Positions 18,145 to 26,771 of a stretch of DNA of 32,000 nucleotides are shown piece by piece (positions within the stretch are counted from its first letter, which is position 1; each line of letters starts with the position of its first letter). The stretch spans positions 2,040,001 through 2,072,000 of the forward strand of contig CP091279.1 of the NCBI GenBank assembly GCA_021650915.1. The letters are read 5' to 3'. The notes beneath the pieces were generated by a model. It saw only the letters and a program-made list of their open reading frames with translations, did not search any database and was not told the DNA's origin. A program made the translations under genes and the position numbers. Source of the stretch: Candidatus Brocadia sp. (GTDB taxonomy: Bacteria > Planctomycetota > Brocadiia > Brocadiales > Brocadiaceae).

Positions 18145-19200
18145 TTATTCGCTGGGAAGACAATTAACATATAGGTTGTTCGTTACCGCATCATTCACCA
18201 TAGAAACCACCCAAGCAGCCAATGATGTAGGTTTGTAGAGCAGGTAATTTGCCCTGATGTATTTACCTGCGTCAAGCAAATCTTTCGTCCCTAGTTTTGT
18301 GCAATCAGACGTATCCCACTCCTGCCCATGGGCATTAGTCCAACTAGCAATGCGAACCTCAACCCATATAACGGTACGCCCTTCACTCACCGCGGTGTTA
18401 ATTTTATCCCTGATCTCCTGAACTGCACCCACTCTCTTGTCGCACCAATCTTCACGAATCGTACCGTACTGCACATCGTAGAAACCGCCCATACCTTTCA
18501 CGTCGTTTGCAAACCTTGCCATCACATTATCCCGGTAGTTTTGATCAATCGCATCATCTCCGTCTCCGTGTCCTACCAGAAGAACGATTTCGTTTGACGG
18601 ATCTGTGCTGAATTCCTGCGCCCTCTCTAAAAGCACATTGGAAATATCCGGATGATAATCAATCGCATTGGTAGCAATATACTGAATATCGCTAAAGCTA
18701 CGGAATCGCCTGTGTATAGCGCCCATGTGATTGCAGAAATCATTCTGCTCATTGTATTCACCCGGACATTCAACCGTTTCATCAAGATAGTTAGCCTTGC
18801 TTGGTTCACCCTCAACCTCACAACCGATACTCCACTTGAGCACGTCGACTGTGCTGGAATCTGTATTCAGATACAACGGGACGACAACAATCTTATCCAC
18901 ACCTTCAGCCTCCAGACGACGAATGGCTTCATCTTCCGTTTGCCACATTTTATAAGTCATCATATCCATCACCATATGCAAACCACTGTCTACCTGATAG
19001 TCAGGCAGGCGATTTTTCACCTCATCAACAAGACTGAAAAAATTAGGATTTTGACTGAAATACCCATGACCAATTATTAAGACGCCAATCTTTGAATCAC
19101 TCTCGGCCATTGTCCTATGAGATGAAAAGGCGCCGATACTAAAAATTGCGAGCAAGAAGAAAACCCACGACAAGCATTTCTTTTTTTTCATTAATCTCAT
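18145..19200 (-). CDS. secreted class II chelatase-fold (CbiX/CbiK/SirB-like) protein, tentative
   Basis: 351 aa with AAAGGAG upstream and signal peptide MRLMKKKKCLSWVFFLLAIFSIGAFS. Two repeated half-domains start GVLIIGHG and IVLLVGHG, with VDKIVVVPLYL after the first, as in two-lobed CbiX/CbiK chelatases. Confidence 0.45.
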   Translation of the reverse strand: MRLMKKKKCLSWVFFLLAIFSIGAFSSHRTMAESDSKIGVLIIGHGYFSQNPNFFSLVDEVKNRLPDYQVDSGLHMVMDMMTYKMWQTEDEAIRRLEAEGVDKIVVVPLYLNTDSSTVDVLKWSIGCEVEGEPSKANYLDETVECPGEYNEQNDFCNHMGAIHRRFRSFSDIQYIATNAIDYHPDISNVLLERAQEFSTDPSNEIVLLVGHGDGDDAIDQNYRDNVMARFANDVKGMGGFYDVQYGTIREDWCDKRVGAVQEIRDKINTAVSEGRTVIWVEVRIASWTNAHGQEWDTSDCTKLGTKDLLDAGKYIRANYLLYKPTSLAAWVVSMVNDAVTNNLYVNCLPSE

Positions 19201-19436
19201 ATAATCTCCTTTAAATTACTGTCATAATACTTTTTATTAGATGCTAAAAAATATTTATTCTGTCTTGATTCCACAACGTCCTGTTATCACCTCCTTATCG
19301 GTACTGCAAAACGGACAGAAACTTACCTGTCTCTCCGGAACATTATGCACCCATTTTTGCCTCTTCTCTCAATGCACTCACCCCCCTTCCTCAACCCATA
19401 AACGTGTTTTTACGCCAACGGCTGTAAAAACAAAAA

Positions 19437-19522
19437 AAGCCCAACGAAAGAGGATTTCTGTTCTTCCGCCTTAGTCCCTGTGGATGTAACAGCTATACAA
19501 ATTAGCCGGTCGGCTGTTATCC
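19437..19522. repeat. hairpin unit 1 (paralog of the unit at 19684-19766)
   Basis: agcccaacgaaagagg...tccctgt followed by a hairpin: gga-tg-taacagc / loop tatacaaattagccggtcg / gctgtta-tcc (19482-19522). The loop and 5' flank are conserved with unit 2, and the stem differs by compensatory changes. Confidence 0.5.
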
Positions 19523-19646
19523 ACACCAATCTCACATGAAAAATTACGTGCTATACGACTTTCAATAGTGTCGTGACAATACGCGCCTTGCCGCTACAAA
19601 TGCGGCCTAAAGTTTCTTGCACAATCTACCTCCCTTCGGGTTCTTA

Positions 19647-19675
19647 TTGACATTCATATATGAATTCTTTATAAT
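19647..19675 (+). promoter_or_regulatory. perfect consensus sigma70 promoter
   Basis: TTGACA (19647-19652), exactly 17 nt, TATAAT (19670-19675). There is no protein-coding ORF downstream on this strand. Confidence 0.6.
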
Positions 19676-19681
19676 TTTTTC

Positions 19682-19776
19682 AAGGCCCGGCAAAGAGGTA
19701 AAAAAACCCCCTTGTCTTGGTCCCGGGGATTAATAACTGTACTTTAGCCGGTCGGTTATTAATCCCTTCTTTTATT
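19682..19776 (+). ncRNA. candidate small RNA (about 95 nt) ending in an intrinsic-terminator-like hairpin
   Basis: The predicted TSS is about 7 nt after the consensus -10. A 12-bp perfect stem gggattaataac / gttattaatccc (19726-19766) carries a 17-nt loop tgtactttagccggtcg. It is followed by the T-rich tract ttcttttatt (19767-19776). Confidence 0.4.
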
Positions 19777-19816
19777 CCCTGTTTCTTTCAACGTCTTTTT
19801 TGCCTTCACACCTATC

Positions 19817-20134
19817 TTATTTCAACACAAGTGGCAACCCCGCCTTTCTTAATTGGCTCTGACATTCCTTCATTTTTTGATATATTGACGCCCATGATCT
19901 CTTTGCATACAAAATGGGAATATCTTTATTTTCCGCCGATTTCTTTATCTTGTATGCCAGATTATGATTCACAAAGTCGCACAACATGATGATAAAATCT
20001 ATCGCTTCCGGGATTTCGTCACGGATCTTTTGTCCACTCCTACCCGTTATATGCCGTACATCGGTAACATCGATTTTATTCAGTTCTTTCGGAATACTTC
20101 CTAAATGGTCACCGCCTACGATAAGCACCGACAT
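19817..20134 (-). CDS. DUF2325-domain protein
   Basis: 105 aa with AGGAGGAG upstream. MSVLIVGGDHLG...HITGR...DFIIMLCDFVNHNLAYKIKKSA...PILYAKRS follows the DUF2325 pattern. Confidence 0.75.
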   Translation of the reverse strand: MSVLIVGGDHLGSIPKELNKIDVTDVRHITGRSGQKIRDEIPEAIDFIIMLCDFVNHNLAYKIKKSAENKDIPILYAKRSWASIYQKMKECQSQLRKAGLPLVLK

Positions 20135-20186
20135 TTTTTTCTCCTCCTACAAAAAACGATAGAAGTTGTAATTAAGACTTAGTCTC

Positions 20187-20215
20187 AATATATAAACAAA
20201 GATATAAAATGTCAA
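20187..20215 (-). promoter_or_regulatory. near-consensus sigma70 promoter for the DUF2325 gene
   Basis: The minus strand reads TTGACA (complement of 20210-20215), 17 nt, TATATT (complement of 20187-20192). It lies about 50 nt upstream of the ATG at 20134. Confidence 0.5.
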
Positions 20216-20552
20216 CATAATTTGAAAAAAATATCTATCTTTTACCCCACGCATGAAAAATCCCTTATTCAATTACTTGTATACACACCTGTCCGGGTGA
20301 AGTCGTATTATACCGCCGCAAACTCCATATCTATCAACCTTTCACGCTTATTGCTACTGCAATCGATGTGTCTTTGGGTTATATCGTATTACTTCATAAA
20401 CATCTTTAATGTCCAATCGGCAATTGCTCATTTTTTCTCTATACCTCAGCAATGCATGGTTATTATTAATCGTCTCATAATAGAACACACATTAAGCTGT
20501 CCGTTTAGCGCTTCAATATTGGAGAAGGAAAGCATACGACGAATCAATACAA

Positions 20553-20818
20553 TTATGAGACCCTTAATATAAGCAAAATATGTCCTACAAGGACACCAAT
20601 AAGAAGGAGGCAGAAGTCAAACAGAAAGGGGCAAATCTTTAGTATTGACAAACCTACCTCAACTCTTTGGATCATCTGAGAAAGATGCTTGTCGCCTTTC
20701 AGTCTTTCCCGTAAGCGCTTTCTCCCCTGGCTCACGGTACTAAAGCCGTCCCCCCCATTATTTCTCATATCGCAGTTCCGCTAAGTCTGCCAACCCGATA
20801 GAACAAGTCCATCGCCAT
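20553..20818 (-). pseudogene. frameshifted copy of the small DnaA_C-like HTH gene
   Basis: It starts with the same ATGGCGATGGAC as the 22755 gene, but the frame hits a stop after about 17 codons (MAMDLFYRVGRLSGTAI*). The homologous C-terminal part ([29 protein letters not shown]) continues in another frame and runs past the original stop. Confidence 0.6.
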
Positions 20819-20939
20819 TTGCCTTATTATACCCCGGTCCTTTTTTATTTCATCAAAACTTTTTTTCGTCTATTTGCAGAGCGTAGCAAAATGGTCTGCT
20901 ATTCCAAAATCAGATCAGATCAGACACAAATTATTTGTC
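20621..20939. repeat. 320-bp direct repeat, copy 1 (decayed)
   Basis: Aligns along its length with 22561-22881. I counted 50/60 identities over 20641-20700 vs 22580-22639. It contains the frameshifted copy of the small HTH gene and its promoter region. Confidence 0.8.
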
Positions 20940-21145
20940 ATGAATAAAGATTTTTCCCCTTTTTGCTTTTGTTTATAATCACAAATCAAGGTGCGGCCAC
21001 GTCCTCCCATTCTTGTCGGGAGGGCTTCACACCTCATCATCAGCACAATGGTAGCATGCCTCCTTAGGGTACTGATGGGAATACATCAGGTATAATCAGG
21101 AAGATAACTCCTTGTTATACAATCAATTATGCGGCCTCGGGTCGC

Positions 21146-21215
21146 AATTAACGTGAACTCAGCCGACGGCAGCTCGTGGAGCGGGATGACGGTTGGCTGG
21201 AGCGACTTGTTAGGG
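21146..21215 (-). other. attC (integron cassette recombination site) 1
   Basis: The minus strand reads CCCTAAC-AAGTC-GCTCCAGCC...GGCTGAGT-TCAC-GTTAATT. That is R''-spacer-L'' ... L'-spacer-R', with one extra C in the L'' arm. The 5' half (CTAACAAGTCgcTCCAGC) is shared with sites 2 and 3. It lies 36 nt downstream of the RidA-like stop. Confidence 0.6.
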
Positions 21216-21250
21216 CTCATCAAGTCCGTGTTCTGGAGAACCGCTTCAGC

Positions 21251-21673
21251 TTAGGCGTCACCTTTGATAATTGCCGTAACACGTATTTCCACGCGCATCT
21301 TTGGGTCGCCCAGCGCGGGAACTCCAATGCATGTCCAAATAGGCGCCCGATCACCCATACGCTTCCTGAATTGATCCGTCATGATGGAAAGATGTTCATC
21401 TCCAATGAAATTGGTTGCAGTAGGTACATGATAGGAGTTTACATGAACGACATGCTTCCATGATGCTCCTGCCATAGCCAGTGTACGTTCTAAATTATCG
21501 AATGCCTGAATTATTTCTTTTTCAAGAGACTCTGGAAACTCCCAATCGTTGTTCCAACCACCTTGGCCAGAAGTTTCGACTCGGTTGCCGTCTCTGAAAG
21601 CTTGCGAATAATGAAACTTCTTCAAATTCACATCGCCATAGCCTGGTGTGACAAAAAATTCAATTTTGCTCAT
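21251..21673 (-). CDS. RidA/YjgF/endoribonuclease L-PSP family protein (cassette-borne)
   Basis: 140 aa with GAGGA 5 nt upstream. YSQAFRDGNRVETSGQGG, IIQAFDNLERTLAMAGASWKHVV and MRVEIRVTA follow the YjgF/RidA fold signature. Confidence 0.8.
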   Translation of the reverse strand: MSKIEFFVTPGYGDVNLKKFHYSQAFRDGNRVETSGQGGWNNDWEFPESLEKEIIQAFDNLERTLAMAGASWKHVVHVNSYHVPTATNFIGDEHLSIMTDQFRKRMGDRAPIWTCIGVPALGDPKMRVEIRVTAIIKGDA

Positions 21674-21782
21674 ATCTATCCTCGTTCGTGATATGTGGAA
21701 TTAGCCCTAATGCGGAGTTAAGTCGCAGCACCGTAGGGGCGTATCGGTTTTGAACTCCGCATTCTCCCTGAGTGAAGCGAAG

Positions 21783-21849
21783 GGAGAACGATAAAACTTA
21801 GCGGCTGGTACGGCTTTTTGTGCCAGTCCGCTGGAGTGATTTGTTAGGA
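21783..21849 (-). other. attC (integron cassette recombination site) 2
   Basis: The minus strand reads TCCTAAC-AAATC-ACTCCAGCGG-ACTGGCACAAAAAGCCGTACCAG-CCGCTAAGT-TTTATC-GTTCTCC. The arms pair imperfectly with bulged bases in the '' arm. The stop codon of the DUF2442 ORF lies inside the site. Confidence 0.65.
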
Positions 21850-22091
21850 GACTTTTTTATTTTTACAGAATCTAAATATAACGTGTCGGGACATATATCC
21901 TGCTCATGTGGCCATACGACAGTTCCATGTGCCGCCCTAGCCTGCTGAAAATAAATTTTGTCTTTCAACTCGGTGAATACACCGAAATTAAGCAAAGGAC
22001 TGCAATCGTACATGCCAACCTCATTATTTGAGAAGGTTATCTCGAGTTTATAGTCATTTCTTGCCTTTACTGCTTTTACTCTTGGATTCAT
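21798..22091 (-). CDS. DUF2442-domain protein (cassette-borne)
   Basis: 97 aa. VKAVKARNDYKLEITFSNNEVGMYDCSPLL...VWPHEQDICPDTLY matches DUF2442. The C-terminal tail is read through the attC site. Confidence 0.8.
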   Translation of the reverse strand: MNPRVKAVKARNDYKLEITFSNNEVGMYDCSPLLNFGVFTELKDKIYFQQARAAHGTVVWPHEQDICPDTLYLDSVKIKKSPNKSLQRTGTKSRTSR

Positions 22092-22094
22092 AGT

Positions 22095-22364
22095 TTACCT
22101 CAAGGGATCGATTTTAAATGGCTGTTGTCCGTTAACTGCCAAATCCCAGTCAGCCATAAGCTCATCTTTGTGAATTTCAATCCAGGCCAAAACCAATCGC
22201 ATTTTGGCTGGAGGCAATTCTCCGTCAAGAAGTTCACCGTCAGGAATTGAAATAACGGCTTCGCTATTCTGATATTTTACATGGATATGTGGACGTTTAT
22301 GCTTCCTGTTATCAATAAAATAGAGCGACACAACGATACCAAAAAACATTGATATTGTTGGCAT
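22095..22364 (-). CDS. DUF4160-domain protein (cassette-borne)
   Basis: 89 aa with AAGGAAA upstream. MPTISMFFGIVVSLYFIDNRKHKRPHIHVKYQN...AWIEIHKDELMADW is the typical DUF4160 N-terminus. It lies 3 nt upstream of the DUF2442 gene, the usual paired arrangement. Confidence 0.8.
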   Translation of the reverse strand: MPTISMFFGIVVSLYFIDNRKHKRPHIHVKYQNSEAVISIPDGELLDGELPPAKMRLVLAWIEIHKDELMADWDLAVNGQQPFKIDPLR

Positions 22365-22390
22365 ATTTGTTTCCTTACATTTTGTTTGTG

Positions 22391-22448
22391 GTCTAACGAT
22401 AAAGTTCAGCGGCAGGCGAAGCCTGTCCGCTGGAACGACTTGTTAGAT
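22391..22448 (-). other. attC (integron cassette recombination site) 3
   Basis: The minus strand reads ATCTAAC-AAGTC-GTTCCAGCGG-ACAGGC-TTCG-GCCTGC-CGCTGAAC-TTTATC-GTTAGAC. R''=RYYYAAC and R'=GTTRRRY are mutually complementary. Spacers are 5 and 6 nt. L'' has one extra C relative to L' (extrahelical G on the bottom strand). The central stem is 5-6 bp. Confidence 0.8.
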
Positions 22449-22569
22449 ACCCTTTGTTAGATACCCTTTATCCTCTTTTTTATTAAAGCAGGATTTCTCC
22501 TGCCATGAATTACAGCAAGGACTATTATCTTTTCTTTTTCAAAAAGAACAGAAGGGGTCACAGAAGGGG

Positions 22570-24805
<2,236 letters not shown>

Positions 24806-24806
<1 letters not shown>

Positions 24807-25084
24807 TGGAAAACAAGAAATTCTCCAGGGATATCGGGAAATCTGCAAAGGAACTGATGAACGCGCGAAAAGAGAAATCTGATTTCTGGCGCTACGCCAA
24901 TCTCCTTGGCGTCGGGGGATGGGTTTTTGTTATCCCGATAATCGGAGGCGCTTATCTTGGAAGGTATCTGGATAAAAAGACGCACGGAGAAGGTATTTCA
25001 TGGACGATAACACTTATCATCATCGGCATAGCCGTTGGTATTTATAATGTCTGGTATTTGTTCATCAGGAAACCTCAGCAATGA
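24806..25084 (+). CDS. AtpQ/AtpZ-like small membrane protein (ATPase_gene1 type)
   Basis: 92 aa with two TM helices. LLGVGGWVFVIPIIGGAYLGRYLDKK matches the G..lG.wLD motif of the putative F0F1-ATPase gene-1 family. Its start (TGATG) and stop (ATGA) are translationally coupled to the neighbouring genes. Confidence 0.7.
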
Positions 25085-25758
25085 AAATATTTAATATTTT
25101 CCCTGAAACAATTTTTTCAATTGGCCCCGTCCAGATCACGGACACCGTTATTACCACATGGATAGTCATGGCGGCTATCATAGCAATTTGCTATCTTTCA
25201 ACAAGGAAACTCTCCGTAAAGCCGTCTTTTTTCCAGGAGATTTTGGAAGCTATCTTTGAGGCAATTGAAAAAACGATAAAGGATATTCTGCCGTTGGATC
25301 CATGGTTAGTTGTTCCTGTGCTGGGCACACTATGGTTCCTGATCGGTTTCTCTAATCTGGCCGGTTTAATACCGGGGTTGAAAACCCCTACCGCTGACCT
25401 CAATACAACATTCGCATTTGCCTTAATATCTTTTTCCATGACCCACGTCGTTGGTATAGCAACGCAAGGGCTGAGAGGATATCTTATGCACTATAAAGAG
25501 CCAACGTGGATATTGCTTCCTTTCCATCTTATAGCAGAGGTCACAAGGACGGTAGCGCTTGCCGTTCGGCTCTTTGGAAATATGTTAAGCGGCGATATGA
25601 TTGCCATTATACTTCTCGGGATAGTCGGATTACTGGTGCCGATCCCGTTTAGTTTATTACATATTATTATTGCCCTTATACAGGCATATATATTTGGAGT
25701 TTTAACGCTGGTGTTTATTGCCGGAGGTATGAGAACAACATCTGAAAAGGAGGCTTGA
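25081..25758 (+). CDS. atpB: ATPase a subunit
   Basis: 225 aa and polytopic. It carries the conserved stator arginine block AVRLFGNMLSGD. Confidence 0.9.
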   Translation: MKIFNIFPETIFSIGPVQITDTVITTWIVMAAIIAICYLSTRKLSVKPSFFQEILEAIFEAIEKTIKDILPLDPWLVVPVLGTLWFLIGFSNLAGLIPGLKTPTADLNTTFAFALISFSMTHVVGIATQGLRGYLMHYKEPTWILLPFHLIAEVTRTVALAVRLFGNMLSGDMIAIILLGIVGLLVPIPFSLLHIIIALIQAYIFGVLTLVFIAGGMRTTSEKEA

Positions 25759-25759
25759 T

Positions 25760-26026
25760 ATGGATGCTAAAACCGTAGTTATTTCTGTTTCTATAATAGC
25801 CGCAGCGCTTGTCATGGCTATTGGTGGATATGGTCCTGCAAAGGCATTGGGAAAGGCGCTTACCGAGGCGCTTGACGCAATAGCGAGACAACCCGAGGCG
25901 TCAGATAAGATTATGAGAGCCCTTTTTGTTGGAATGGCCCTGATTGAGTCCATTGCCATCTATGCATTTGTCATTGCACTGATCGTCCTTTTTGCAAATC
26001 CTCTTATCGGGTATATTGTAAAATGA
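25760..26026 (+). CDS. atpE: ATPase c subunit
   Basis: 88-aa hairpin with loop ARQPEA and the ion-binding helix ALIESIAIYAFVIAL (E-S-x3-Y). Confidence 0.9.
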   Translation: MDAKTVVISVSIIAAALVMAIGGYGPAKALGKALTEALDAIARQPEASDKIMRALFVGMALIESIAIYAFVIALIVLFANPLIGYIVK

Positions 26027-26763
26027 AATTCAATATCTGGACACTGCTATTTCAGATCATAAACTTTGTTGTTTTGCTGTTTATCCTGAAGCGAATATTA
26101 TATAAGCCTATACGGGAAATCATCGAAAAGCGGCGGGGGCTTATAGCAAAAACTGTCGAGGATGCTGAAAAGACAAAAAAAGAGGCGCAAGAGCTTAAGG
26201 AAAAGCATGAGGAAGAGATGAAAAAGGTAAAGGAACTTCAAGGTCAGATGCTCGAACAGACGCGGGATGAATCTCTTAAAGACAGAAATAAGTTACTGCA
26301 TGAGGCTGAGCAAGATGCCGCGAAGATAATCGAAAAAGAAAAGGCCTTGTTTGATGCTGAAAAAAGGAGGGTGGAAGCGGGGTTGAAAAACAAAACCCTT
26401 GAGATTGCCTCAATCTTTGCATCAAACCTTTTAGAGGATATCGCAGATGAAGAGCTTCATAAGGCAATAGTGAGAAAGTTTATGAAGGGGAACGGAGGAA
26501 TTGTTTCTGATATTACGAAAATAAAAGGAAAGGATGAAACCGTAGCCATAGAACTTGTTACTGCCTATCCACTCAATATGGACGATATAAAACTCTTTCA
26601 GGAAACTCTCGAATCACATATTGCAAAAAAAGTGAAAATTAATACCACCGTTGACAAGACCCTTATTGCAGGGCTAAAGATGAAGGCCTACGATATGATT
26701 TACGATTCCTCGCTGGCAGGCCAGGTGAATGCACTCGCTTCCAGACTTAAAGAAACTACGTAA
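26023..26763 (+). CDS. atpF: ATPase b subunit fused to a delta/OSCP-like C-terminal domain
   Basis: 246 aa. N-terminal TM helix, a charged coiled coil, then a C-terminus VAIELVTAYPL...VDKTLIAGLKMKAYDMIYDSSLAGQVNAL that resembles the delta-subunit C-terminal domain. There is no separate delta gene in the operon. Confidence 0.85.
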   Translation: MKFNIWTLLFQIINFVVLLFILKRILYKPIREIIEKRRGLIAKTVEDAEKTKKEAQELKEKHEEEMKKVKELQGQMLEQTRDESLKDRNKLLHEAEQDAAKIIEKEKALFDAEKRRVEAGLKNKTLEIASIFASNLLEDIADEELHKAIVRKFMKGNGGIVSDITKIKGKDETVAIELVTAYPLNMDDIKLFQETLESHIAKKVKINTTVDKTLIAGLKMKAYDMIYDSSLAGQVNALASRLKETT

Positions 26764-26771
26764 TACGATAC

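Noticed and set aside
20222-20572. 116-aa + strand ORF in the AT-rich region
   Set aside because: Low-complexity Ile/Leu/Ser-rich translation from a TTG start, with no RBS and no motif. It overlaps the promoter region of the DUF2325 gene.
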